Assembly (NCBI RefSeq): GCF_001194135.2
Contig: NC_068985.1
Coordinates: 9,867,547 to 9,931,546 of the forward strand
Source: Octopus bimaculoides
Lineage: Eukaryota
Reading direction: 5' to 3'
DNA length: 64,000 nt
Positions within the stretch are counted from its first letter, which is position 1; every line of letters begins with the position of its first letter. The notes under the pieces are model-generated. The model was given only the letters and a program-made list of their open reading frames with translations, searched no databases and was not told where the DNA came from. Made by a program: the position numbers and the translations under genes. Below are positions 26,420 through 38,640 of the stretch, one piece after another.

Positions 26420-26790
26420 TATTGTATGATAGTTGTAAACGAGCATCACCTTCACACAAGTGTGTCCCATCATTTCTGCCTTCCATGAAAGCATGTCTGG
26501 TCACAGGGGAAATATTACTTTGCTTGGAAACAGGTAGGGTCTCTGGATGCAGAAAATCCTACCTCAATGAATTCCATCAAGTCAATCTGTGCTCCATCAT
26601 TTATTCACATTAACATCCAGTAGATCATACCCACTTCATTTCTTTCCAGGTTTCACACATCCTCCCTCAGCATCCAGCATCTACGCTTCATTACCATGCA
26701 GCTTTACACTTCACACACAAGCACCATACAATCTCTCTTCACTCACAGAGAGAATCCCTTCAATGCCAGCAGAGATAATGGTAATCTGAA
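26420..26790 (-). mobile_element. Degenerate RTE LINE RT C-terminal fragment
   Basis: Minus strand aagggattctctctgtgagtg...ttgtatggtgcttgtgtg...ctggaaagaaatgaagtg is homologous to the 34805-35290 fragment. Confidence 0.6.
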
Positions 26791-28386
26791 CTTTTCCCAT
26801 CCTGTTTTTATTTCACTCTCATCATTTAACGTCTGTTTCGCATGCTGACATGGGTTGGACAGTTTGACAGGAGCTGACAAGCCAGAGAGTTGCACCAGGC
26901 TCCAATTGTCTGTTTTGGGATAGTTTCTACAGCTGGATGCCCTTCCTGAAGCCAACCACTTCATGTAGTATACCAGATGTTTTTTTATGCGGGCCCAGCA
27001 CCAGTGCTGTTGCATGGCACCAACACAGGTAGTTTATATGTGGCACCAGCATAGGTGCTTTTATATGACACTGGCACAGGTGCCTCTACATGACACCAGC
27101 ACAACAAATTAAGTCGTCTATCAACTACTTCTAGAAAGCCTTCTGAGCTCTTGAAGGAATTCATTTTATGAGTGTTCTTTCTTTTAATCTACTCTTGGGA
27201 ATCTGCTACATGCAACATGTGGCCAAATGCTTCATCAAAAGAAATTTAACAGGATTTTTGGGGGGGTTTTTTCATCATTTTTACACTGGATTCTTTGCTT
27301 GATTTCTTTCCTAATATTTTTCCATTTTTTGTTTTTGTTTTTGTTACGTTTCCCAAAAGCTGAAAAACTAGTATATCTCAATAAAAAAAAAAGAGAGATT
27401 TCATGATGGTATTTAGACCAAGGTTAGCCCTGATCAAACAGACAAATGGTCATATATAGGAGAAATTGCCTAACTGAATCACATCAGGAGAAAAATTTAT
27501 TGCATTATAGCACAGATCTGTTAGGAGGCATAAGCACTTACACACACATGCACACATATGGCAGTAACTTCCATCTACCAAATTCAATTACAAAGCATCA
27601 TACACACACACACACAAACAGACAGACAGATCTATCTATATTTAAATTTGTGAACTTGAAATATTCACTGATAAAAGCAAGTTCAGAAAGTAAATTTTTC
27701 TTTCAGTAATTTATTATAGTCGTAATGTATCTGTAATTTAAAGAAACTTCAAGATTTAACGTGCTAGAAATAGCAGCGATCACATAGTTATTATTGTAAG
27801 GCTTATAGCGTTCCAAACAGCCGCACCAACAAAATCACTTTTTTTAAAAAAAATTATACCGATATATTAAAAACGTTTCATTTTATTAAAAATAAGCCTC
27901 AAAGTTATACACCTATTTTGTCTAATAGCATTCATTCATTCAATAAATAATTTTTTACATTACGTATATAGAATAAACTGTGAGTTTTGCAAATAGTGAA
28001 TTAAAAACTTGAAAGGAAAACATTGAAATGAAAATAGAGGCGAGAGAGAGTGAGAGACTGTTGCAAATGAAAACGGAAAATTTCACCTGCAACGAATTAA
28101 TATTGGTTATTAAATCTACTCCGCAGTGAATGCAACGAATATTTAAATTTGTGAAAAACTTGTAGTTCAAATATTCAATAACTGTCAGAAATTTCTTTGA
28201 ACTTGAATTTATAAAAAAAATTTCCAGACGGTCAAGCCTTTAATAATTGCTTTCTTTTAGTAACTGTTACATACCTAATTAATAAGCAGCTTTCTCCATT
28301 ATAATATAAATATATAAACACATAAAACAGCAAAGAAGAAATGTAAAAAAGACATTAATTAAATTTGCAAGAAAGCACATACATAC

Positions 28387-28959
28387 CTGGTCTGACTCGA
28401 AGAGTCGCACTGGCTAAAGCTACTTGAATAATCTGTCCGAGTCTTTCAACAGAGCAGAGGCAAGTCTCTTCCTCTGGTGATAAACCGTAACGTTTGCAAA
28501 TGTCCATAAGTTCCTGAGATGTCTTTTTGATGTCAGCCGGTGTGAAAGGGTGCCCAGTGGCATTCGGTACGTTGGGGCCAAGCAGTCCACTGACCGCAGT
28601 CCGGCCGGTACCGGTCGCTGCTGCTGCGTTGTTGGCGAGCAGGCTTTGAAGGACCCCCAAGTGGAGCCGCGAGAAGAGCTGCTGCTGCTGCTGGAGTCGA
28701 TTGTTATTGTTGCAGGTATTGGCCACCCCGATGTCCCCCCAGCAGTTTTTGTTGTTGTCAGTGGCCTTGAGACATAGCACGGGTCCCTTGACGCACCAGT
28801 TGGTGAGTCCAGGAAACGGTGAGCAGCCGTGCGAGGCGAACATCCGATAGCTACTGCCAGAGGATGCTGGACGCATAGACACCGAACACAGTCTGCTATC
28901 CGAGGAGATCCAGTTGGTGACATGTTCCACAAGTTTCTCTGGCGGCATACCATCTAAAG
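28387..28959 (-). CDS. INTS15: INTS15 coding exon 4 (573 nt)
   Basis: MPPEKLVEHVTNWISSDSRL, PFPGLTNWCVKGP, LFSRLHLGVLQSLL and SVERLGQIIQVALAS match human C7orf26 blocks (PLVGLIRWCVKAP, LYSKLHLSVLQVLM, SLDRLAQALQVAMAS). Acceptor ttacag, donor gtatgt. Confidence 0.92.
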
Positions 28960-29530
28960 CTGTAACAAATGAAACAACCACCATTTTATACAACATCGTA
29001 ACAGGTAAGTCATTATCAATTAGAATCAATCATCATCATCATCATCATCGTTTAACGTCTGCTTTCCATGCTAGCATGGGTTGGACGATTTGACTGGGGA
29101 CTGGCGAACCAGATGGTTACACCAGGCTCCAATCTGATCTGGCAGAGTTTCTACAGCTGGATGCCCTTCCTAACCAGTGCTGATGTCGCATAAAAAGCAC
29201 CCAGTATACTCTGTAAAGTGGTTGGCATTAGGAAGGACATCAGCTGTAGAAACCATGCCAAAATGGACAATTGGAGCCAGGTACAGCTCTCTGGCTTGCA
29301 TGCTCCTGTCAAACTGTCCAAACCATGCCAGCATGGAAGATGAACGTTAAGTGATGATGATGATATCAAAATCTTGCAGCTATGTAATAACACATGATTA
29401 ATTCAAAACAAAGTGAATAAATAAGTATTACATTTGACAGATTGATCCAAGGGTTAAACAGTTAAGAAAGATACTTTTCCTGACCTCAATCTTCATATAA
29501 AACAAAAGAGACAAAACTCATTCAACTTAC

Positions 29531-29699
29531 TGTTACATGGGAATAGAGCGGTTACCGCTGCAATGAAGTTACAGGCAAATAGTGGTGAGATACTGGGCAG
29601 TGCTTGAAATGTTGGAATCACACCTGGAAACAGTTGGCAGTAGTCGTTGACCATGGATTTGGCCATGCAGCACACTGGTTCACTGTCACAGCCTCGCTC
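29531..29699 (-). CDS. INTS15: INTS15 coding exon 3 (169 nt)
   Basis: MAKSMVNDYCQLFPG...SPLFACNFIAAVTAL resembles human LAKALVDDYCCLVPG...SPRFCCQFITSVTAL. Acceptor atgcag, donor gtaagt. Confidence 0.9.
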
Positions 29700-30065
29700 C
29701 TGCATTTCAAATATATAAGTTATAACAAGTATTAATGTACTGTATAAGCGTGCATGTGTGTTGATATATGGGTATATATCCCTGTATGCATATATGAATG
29801 TATTAATGTATATATCAGTGTGTTCATATATGTGTGAGTGTACGTATTTGCCAACACAATGTGGCAGTCCTACACAGGATGATATTACTACTTTTTTGAT
29901 TTTATTCACCTTACTTTCAGCTGTGCGGATAATACCAGACTGACATGGTGCTTCAACTTAAGGACCTAATTCAACTGAATCTTAATTATTTCATATGTGT
30001 GTGTGTGTGTGTGTGTGTAAATAGAAATAAATGTAATCATTTCTAAATCTCTCTAAATATATATA

Positions 30066-30493
30066 NNNNNNNNNNNNNNNNNNNNNNNNNNNNNNNNNNN
30101 NNNNNNNNNNNNNNNNNNNNNNNNNNNNNNNNNNNNNNNNNNNNNNNNNNNNNNNNNNNNNNNNNNNNNNNNNNNNNNNNNNNNNNNNNNNNNNNNNNNN
30201 NNNNNNNNNNNNNNNNNNNNNNNNNNNNNNNNNNNNNNNNNNNNNNNNNNNNNNNNNNNNNNNNNNNNNNNNNNNNNNNNNNNNNNNNNNNNNNNNNNNN
30301 NNNNNNNNNNNNNNNNNNNNNNNNNNNNNNNNNNNNNNNNNNNNNNNNNNNNNNNNNNNNNNNNNNNNNNNNNNNNNNNNNNNNNNNNNNNNNNNNNNNN
30401 NNNNNNNNNNNNNNNNNNNNNNNNNNNNNNNNNNNNNNNNNNNNNNNNNNNNNNNNNNNNNNNNNNNNNNNNNNNNNNNNNNNNNNNNNNNNN
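30066..30493. other. Assembly gap (N run) flanked by (TA)n
   Basis: N bases. Other gaps are at 39489-39498, 41227-41236 and 51007-51481. Confidence 1.
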
Positions 30494-30516
30494 TATATAT
30501 ATATATATATATATAT

Positions 30517-30680
30517 CGTTGAAATTTACAAAAGATGAAGACAGGTGTATAAACAACAAGCAGGTGTATTATTTTGATGCTCGGGAAGGTGAGAAAGTCT
30601 TTTACATTTCGAGCCTACGCTCTTCGACAGAAAGGAACACGAAGAAATAAACAGAGAGAATATAAAAGGAAGAGAATAAA
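30517..30680 (-). mobile_element. (TA)n-abutting short element with a variant hammerhead-like motif; homologous to 50600-50765
   Basis: Minus strand cttt CTGTCGA a GAGC gtag GCTC GAAAT GTA aaag, then ...gtaaatttcaacga(TA)n. Confidence 0.55.
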
Positions 30681-31332
30681 AGGAGAAAGAATAAAAAAAA
30701 CTTGTGGATTTAGTGGTCCATCATGAATTGTAACAGATATTTTATATGCTTTTATCATGGGTCACCCGTTGCATGTGTGTGAGTGAAACAGAGAGAGTGT
30801 ATGTGAAATTGAAAGAGAGTGTGTATAAATTTGGGAAAGATTGTGTAAGAATATGACAGTGTGTATGTGAGAGACGATGTACACATATGAATTGGAAGAT
30901 GTGCATACATATAAGAGCAAGAAGCCAGCTTACAGGCATCAAGATATACCATTATCAGGAAAACCAAACATAGTCAACACACTATTGGTTAATGAGTTTT
31001 GAAAAAACTAGATATAATGATGAATCCAACAAGAATATAGCACATTTGTCCATGATGACAAGTATGCTAAGAGAAAGTACTTTATCACTGTTGGGAGGGG
31101 GTTACTCGAGTACACTGACAGCTAATTTATTTTTATCAACCCCTTAGGAAGGAGAGGGCAAAGGATCAGAAAATGTGGTGCACTGCTGTACTCAAGAAGA
31201 CTTGTCCACCTAAACAGAAATGATATCCTAAAACCACGGTGCCACATAAAATGTACTGGTGCTGGTTCCTCGTGGGAAAATAAAGGTAAAAAAATTTAAA
31301 GAAGTGTGAAAACAAGGAGTGTGTTTAGATAC

Positions 31333-31542
31333 CTGCATCCATAGAGCAGTACAGTCGAGAACAGCCGTACACTTTATTGACATTGCCATGGAAACAAGCT
31401 TGGTCAGCAAATTGACTTTCAACAAGGCCGCTTCCCCGGCAAACATGATGGCAAATATGCTGTTTCTTTCATTTTCCTTCTGGTCAGTGATGTATGAGCA
31501 GAGAATTTCGAGTAGCTGCAGTTCTTGGATGGCAGTGAGTCG
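31333..31542 (-). CDS. INTS15: INTS15 coding exon 2 (210 nt)
   Basis: RLTAIQELQLLEILCSY...LLTKLVSMA...AVLDCTALWMQ resembles human RLNSLQELQLLEIMCNY...LLGKLVSMA...PVLECAASWLQ. Canonical splice sites, phase 0/0. Confidence 0.92.
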
Positions 31543-32119
31543 CTGAAAGAGTAATTAAGAACAAAACTGAGAGAGAGACAGACAAACAGACAGACACAGA
31601 CAGACAGACAGAGACAGATAGAGATCATCCAATGTTTTGGGGGTTTTTTTCCAGGTGTGATACACCCAAGACTACATTGGCCAATATATTTTTCATTTTA
31701 TTGGTGTTGTTTAGTTCCAGGTCAGCCCTAACCAGGCAGGCTGATGTATGTTTAAAAGGATTCCAGCTATGACCATCATCATCATCATCATTATTTCTAT
31801 ATCCAACACAAGAAGAAACAAAAGGAGATAATAAGTGAAACTTTTACATCAATGATTTTCACCCAGGGTCCATATAAGATTGTTACTAAAATTTTATATA
31901 ACATATAACAAAAAGCACCCACTACACTCTCGGAGTGGTTGGCGTTAGGAAGGGCATCCAGCTGTAGAAACTCTGCCAGATCAGATTGGAGCCTGGTGCA
32001 GCCTCCTGGCTTCCCAGACTCCAGTAGAACTTTCCAACCCATGCTAGCATGGAAAACGGATGTTAAACGATGATGATGATGATATTTCTTTTGCTGAGAA
32101 GACCTGGAAACTAAAGTGA

Positions 32120-32700
32120 GATCACAGCCACGCATGTCTGGCCCTGTTAAGAATACCCTTGATGCGTCGGTCAATATGATATGCTTGAGAAGACCTGTTG
32201 AGTAAAGTAAAACCAATATCATAGCTGGGGCTAGTGCCCACCGACTGGCTCCCATGCTGGTGGCACGTAAAAAGCACCATCCAAATGTAGTCAATGCCAG
32301 GTCCGCCTGACTGGCTCCTGTGCTGGTGGCACATAAAAGCCACAAACCAAACATGGCCAATGCCAGTACCCCCAGACTGGCTCCCAAGCCAGTGGCATAT
32401 AAAAAGCACCATCTGAACATGGTCAATGCCAGGTCTGCCTCACTGGCTCTCGTGCCAGTGGCATGTAAAAAGCACCAACTGAACGTGGCTGATACCAGGC
32501 CAACCTGACTGACTCCTGTGCTGGTAGCATGTAAAAAGCACCCACTCTTGGAGTGGTTGGCGTTAGGAAAGGCATCCAGCTGTAGAAACTCTGCCAGATT
32601 AGATGGAGCCTGGTGCAGCCATCTTGTTCGCCAGACCTCAGTCAAATCGTCCAACCCATGCCAGCATGGAAAGTGGACGTTAAACAATGATGATGACTTT
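32120..32700 (+). mobile_element. Family C element with ~5 tandem ~66-bp units; a separate tail copy lies at 31905-32075
   Basis: 22-aa periodicity in the spurious antisense ORF 31797-32687, and a (GAT)n end. Confidence 0.8.
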
Positions 32701-32868
32701 GGCTAATGTAGTTCTTCTATTTAAACAAAAGAACAAAATGGGATGGTCACAACTCATAAGTCTGCTCAACAAGGCTAGACCTGTGGTTAAAAAAATAAAA
32801 ATAACAAAACAAGTAATGAAAATATGATGATGATGAAAATGATGGAGCAAACTGAAAGACAGACATAC

Positions 32869-33051
32869 CTTTGGATTGCAGGCAAAATGAATGAAATCTC
32901 TAGAAACTTCCACAGTATAGTCTTCTCCACCTCCTCCTAATCCTGGAATTCCACCAGTTTCTTTCCTCAGGCAGCGGCTCAGGTAGTGAAGGGCCTCCCT
33001 TGTACACTCAGGGAAGTCGAGATAGCTGAGTCGCTTGAGAATGTTGGACAT
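32869..33051 (-). CDS. INTS15: INTS15 coding exon 1 (MSNILKRLSYLDFPECTREALHYL...NPK)
   Basis: Resembles human MSDIRHSLLRRDALSAAKEVLYHL. Donor gtatgt. An acceptor tttctttcag 8 nt upstream of the ATG implies a 5'-UTR intron. The spliced CDS is 1227 nt = 408 aa. Confidence 0.88.
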
Positions 33052-34469
33052 TTTAACTCCTGAAAGAAACGAGAAGAACGTTATTATTATTTTTATTTTC
33101 TCCTTACATATTCCAATACCAATTTCTTCATCTAAAAATATCTGAGATGAACATCATCTTCATCATCGTCGTTTAACGTCCGCTTTCCATGCTGGCATGG
33201 GTTGGACGGTTTGACTGAGGACTGGTGAGCAAGAGGCTGCACCAGGCTCAATCTGATCTGGCAAAGTTTCTACAGCTGGATTCCTTTCCTAACGCCAACC
33301 ACTCCAAGAGTGTAGTGGGTGCTTTTATATGCCACCGGCACAAGGGCCAGTCAGGTGGTTCTGGCAATGACCACACTCGAATGTTGTTTTTCATGTGCCA
33401 CCAGCACTCACCTCGTCTTTAAAGATGAAAACATTTTTAATTAGCACAAGAGTACTACTTTAGTGTTAGTATAAATGCAGATGTAAGGTATTAATAAATA
33501 CACATTATTAACCTTGCTGTGAAAAAGTGGACATTAAGGCAGTGAGCCAGCAGAATCGTTAGCAAACCCTGCCAGAGTTGGGGGCTATGTAAAAAGCATC
33601 CAGTCCACACTGTGAAGTGGTTGGCATTTGGAAGGGCATCCAGCTGTAAAAACCATGCGAAACTGATTTCATCTCAGCTGGTGCCATGTAAAACACCATC
33701 CAGTACATTCTGCACAGTGGTTGGTGTTAGGAAGAGCATCCAAGTATAAAAACGATGCCAAAACAGACACAGAACAGTTAAGTTACAGGAACAAAAACAC
33801 ACCAGCATCAGTTGTCAAGTGATGGTGGAGGGACAAACACAGACACACAGAGTGTAGGGGGTGCTTTTTACATGCCATCAGCACAGGAGCCAGTCAGGCA
33901 GGTTTGGTATGGATCACATTCAGATAGTGCTTTTTATGTGCCACTGGCACAAGAGCCAGTCAGTGGGTACTGGCATCGGCCACGATTTGTTGGTGCATGT
34001 TACGTGCCACCGGCATGGGAGCCAGTGAGGCGGACCTGGCATCGACCATGTTTGGATGGTGCTTTTTATGTGCCACCGGCATAACCATTATCAGTAGCAC
34101 ATGCATAGTAAGAGCACTTTGTTTAAATGTCCATTTACCGTGGGGCAGTGTCTGGGGAAAGCTCCCTACATCACACGAAGGGTTAAAGAAAACAATATAT
34201 CCTGGGCCTGGTGAGACAACTCACCCTGAAGTGACCAGGAAAGGCAGAGGTCAACATTTCACCATTATTGTGGTTTATAAATAGCATGTACACGGGTAAC
34301 CTAGAAACTGGTCACTGACTTACATGCAAATAGAGTGATGTCTATTTGCTGGTGTGCTACAGTGTACCACATGTGAAAGTAAACTAAATTACAAATTAAA
34401 AGAAACTCCAGTAATGTGCAACCAATAATATATGTATAGACATACATGTGTGTGCATATATGTATATGC

Positions 34470-34508
<39 letters not shown>

Positions 34509-34804
34509 TATATCCATACATATATGTACATACCTACATCTATATGTATACATACATGCATATATGGGTACAGGACATCAAAAAAAAAAAACGTTAAACA
34601 CAATGAGAAATGAAAACAGAAAACAAAATTTTTCGAACGAAATAAACAAACAGAGAAACGAGACATGCAACATAAAGAGTATAACCTTTCGTCAGTTGTC
34701 CCTGTTCCATCTACTCCGCGTTTTGAAGGCAAGGACAATATGCGACTTTGTTGGAACAGTCTTTCCCACAAAGCAAATTAAATAAAATTTGGAATTTTTT
34801 GTGG

Positions 34805-35765
34805 AGGCACCTCCTCCCAGGTCTTCCTCTTCTACAGGTTCCCTCAACCGTTAGGGTGTGGCACTTTTTCACACAGCTATCCTCATCCATTCTTGCCACA
34901 TGTCCATACCAGCACAATCGTCTCTCTTGCACACCACAACTGATGCTTCTTAGGTCCAACTTTTCTCTCAAGGTACTTACACTCTGTTGAGTATGCACAC
35001 TGACATTACACATCCATCGGAGCATACTGGCTTCGTTTCTTGCGAGCTTACGCATGTCATCAGCAGTCACGGCCCATGTAGCATGGCGGTTCATACATAT
35101 GCATCATACAGTCTGCCTTTTACTCTGAGAGAGAGAGACCCTTTGTTGCCAGCAGAAGTAAGAGCCCTCTGAACTTTGCCCAGGCTATTCTTATTCTAGC
35201 AGCTACACTTTCAGTGCACCCTCCCCCGCTACAAACTTGGTCACCTAGGTAGCGGAAGCTATCAACTACGTCTAGTTTTTCTCCCTGGAGTGTGGCAAAG
35301 GTTGTTTTCTGCACATTTTCAGTGTTTATTGCTCCTGAGCATCTGCCACATACAAAAACTATCTTGTTAGTTAGCCTTCCTTTGATATTGCTGTACCTCT
35401 TATGTGTTCATAGCTTACACTGGGTACATCTTATGGAGTTTCTACAGATTGAGCAGGGCCATCTACCTGAAGGGGTTTGTGTTTTGTCTACCTTCCCAAT
35501 TATTAGGACATTGGTTCAATTCTAGTCCTTGCTTCCACACCTGAAACTTCTATAGTTCTGATAGTGACTCAGCAATTAGTGCAAGGTCACCAGCATAGAG
35601 GAGCTCTCAGGGACATCCCGTCTTGAATTCCTGTGTTATTGTCTGGAGGACTATGATAAATAGAAGGGGGCTGAGGACTGAACCTTGGTGGACCCCTACC
35701 TCAATCCGGAATTCTTCACTGTACTCATTGCCAACCCTCACCTTACTGACAGCGTCCCTGTACAC
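34805..35765 (-). mobile_element. RTE LINE reverse-transcriptase fragment (degenerate)
   Basis: VHQGSVLSPLLFIIV...LLYAGDLALI (YADD-like), VDSFRYLGD, AWAKFR and WYGHVARM...GRP, with stops and frameshifts. Confidence 0.88.
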
Positions 35766-36049
35766 ATCATTTAATGTCTGTTGTCCAAGCTAGCATGGGT
35801 TGGACGGTTTGACTGGGGCTGGTAAGCTGAAAGGCTGCACCTCATTTCAGCCATGTGGCTGCGGTCATGCTGGAGCACTACCATGGTCTTTCCTCAGTCT
35901 GGGGTGTTTCACATCACCTCTCCTGTATGTGCCTTTGTCCCAGCTGTTGGCCCATTTGGTCTATAAGGGAGTTTAATTCCGCTGCCCTCATCTGCACCTC
36001 ATGTCAGGCCTTTGGTTCATCTAGTATTGTGGAGAGGAAGATGTCTAGT

Positions 36050-36625
36050 TCCTTTTTGAAGACATCTACTTCTACCTTATGCAGGTTTCTTCATTTTTGT
36101 GGCAGGGCATTGAAGAACCGTGGGCCTTTAAACCCTAGACTATTGCAGTACCTGGTCCTGAATTTAGATGGAGTGGATAGTACTTTTGGTACAATACAAT
36201 GCCATCCAGTTCTGGCATTTGTATAACACTCAATGCCAAAATTAGGTACAAGCCCTTCCAGAATTTTCCATATGTAGATTATTACATATCTGTTGCACCT
36301 TCACTGCAAGGAGTAAAGTCACAGTTTTCACAGCCTGTCCCCGTAGCTCATCCACTGCACTGTTTCAATCTTTTTAGTGTAGTGGCGTCTGACTGCTTCA
36401 AGCTCTGCAGTTAGTTTGGCACTATGTGGGGACCCTAACTGGGAGCAGTAGTCCAGGCAGCTGAGAATAAAGGTTCTCCATAGGGTCAACATAGTTTCTT
36501 GGTCTCGTTTTGAAGGACCTTGATACCCATCCTGCCAATTCTCTGTATCTTGCTGCCATCTTGGTAATGTGCATACGAAATGATGCATCAGTGCACATAG
36601 TGATCCCCAAGTCTTTCACTGTAGT
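36050..36625 (-). mobile_element. CR1/L2-type LINE RT C-terminal fragment
   Basis: VKDLGITM...LWRTFILSCLDYCSQLGSPH...LEAVRRHYTKKI...SYGDRL. Confidence 0.8.
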
Positions 36626-36899
36626 GGTGATAATAGTAACGAAAAAAAAAAAGAGAGGAGACAGTACAGTCTTCATGAGAAACTTCATGCTAATTAGCAA
36701 GTTCTTTTTTTTTTGTCTTTCTTTTTGATCACAATGTTTGGATGAGTAGAAATATTAGTGACACCGTTGTGGTTCTCATGTGAACTTTCCAGAGAGACAA
36801 CAGGCGTCCAGGAGCTGAAGTATTTATAGGCTTTGAAAGTAAAAACTAGTCTTTGGGGTACAGTTTTCTTCTATGTGAAATTGCCAAGACAGAAAGGAA

Positions 36900-38640
36900 A
36901 AATTGGAATTTATTACAGCTATGCATGTGCCGCTGGACTGTGCCGTAGCAAAATGGAAGGTAGGTCTGGTGAGATTGATGAAATGCTATAGAGCAAAGGG
37001 ATGTAGATATGTGCAAGAGAGGTACAAGGGAGGAGAGCCTCAGCTAGACTGCTCTTGAGCAAGGAACATAGATATAAATTCTTCTGGGTTGGCAGTAGAG
37101 GTATACTTTTGGAAGGAAAATGGATTGATAAGATGATCAGAGGAGTCGGAGTATGTGATAGGATTGTTAAACTAAGATTAGTCTTAAATAATGTAACAGT
37201 GACATTTATTTCAGAAATATAACATCAGTGGTGCTTCTCTCGGGCACAATCCCAAACTACATCTCATCTAAACTAACTCTCTCCCTAATTAGCTGGGCTA
37301 TGACCCTCTCCAAGACTTTCAACAATTGATCCAACTGCTTCATGCTTCTGTAATTATTTCTATCTAAGGCGTCACCTTTACCTTTGTAGCAGTTGACTAT
37401 AATGCAACTACACAAGTCATTGGATATGACTCCTTCATGAATCACCTGGTTAATTATACAGGTAACTATACCACAGCCTACACCACCAGATACTTTAAGC
37501 ATCTCGGCGGTGATTCCGGATGGTCTGGGGTTTTTCCCTGTCTTCATAGCTTTAATTGCTTTATCTACCAAGGTACTGTCAATTTGAATAGCTGGTCCCT
37601 CAGTTGGGTCAACATTTGGCAGGCTCTCTTTCTCCCATTCATTAATCAGCAATAAATCTGGTGGACACGCAAGCCAAATTGATTACATTCTCACCAGAAA
37701 ACAGAATAGGAAGGTGCTTGAGAATGTACAACTCAACATTGGTTAGTAGTTAGTAACTTCAGACTTAAGGACTCAGACACAACCAGCTTCAAAAGGGAAG
37801 ATATGAAGGCTTAAAGATCTCTTAAACAGTTAGAAATTCAGAGAAATACAAGTTGAAGTACTGGATGATGGAAAAGGAGGTCATGTCAAATAGCATAGAG
37901 GACAACTAGAAGTTTTTAAGAGATAACCTGCGAGGGCTACAAGCCCAAATCTGTGGCCGGAGCAAAGTTTCAGCTCAATTCAGGATGACATGGTGGTGGA
38001 ACAGTGCAGTAGAAAGTACCATAAAAACAAAAAGAGAGTCTTAAAAAGACTGGGAAAATGGAGTCAGCAATGAATTATGTCAGGTAGTTAGGAGAGAAGC
38101 TAGGTAACAGGGTTATTTAGCATGGGGAAAAGCAGAAAGGAAGAGGTTTACCAATGTCTTACAGCATGAGGACAAGAGGACTGAGGTGTTCTAGATTACA
38201 AGACAATGTCTCAGAGAGAACTGAGATTTCGAAAGAAGTATGGATGGATAATGGTATGCTTGTATTTTAGTGATTCTGAAAAGAAAGAGACAATGAAGTG
38301 CTACTATGTAAAGTTATTAAATGTGGAGAGTGCACAAGAGAAAAAGACTCTTCCAAATGTGAATCCAACAGAGGGACCAGTTAACCTAGTTGACAGCAGC
38401 AGGATAGATAAGGCAATTAAGGATATGAAGTTAAGGAAAGCCCCTGGTTCATCAGGAATTACCACTGAGATGCTTAAAATATCTGGCATAGGAGGATACA
38501 ACTTAGCTGTATATTCGTTCAGGCTATACAAGAAGGTGCCATGTCCAATGACTGGTTTAGCAGCATTACGGTTAGCTGTTACAAGGGGAAGCCTTAAATA
38601 GAATTACAGAAATATCAAATTATTGGATCAAGACATGAAG
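36900..38640. mobile_element. Rearranged RTE LINE: + strand endonuclease and linker with an inverted RT N-terminal block at 37257-37652
   Basis: + strand SGGHASQIDYILTRK and KAIKDMKLRKAPGSSGITTEMLK; - strand KAIKAMKTGKNPRPSGITAEMLK...YKGKGDALDRNNYR. Confidence 0.8.

Noticed and set aside
31797-32687. 296-aa ORF with 22-aa repeats
   Set aside because: It is the antisense reading of family C repeats (66 bp = 22 codons) inside an INTS15 intron, and the same peptides recur at every copy.
34660-34740. ctgacgaaagg hammerhead-like start on the minus strand
   Set aside because: There is no stem II closure, GAAA or cleavage triplet downstream.
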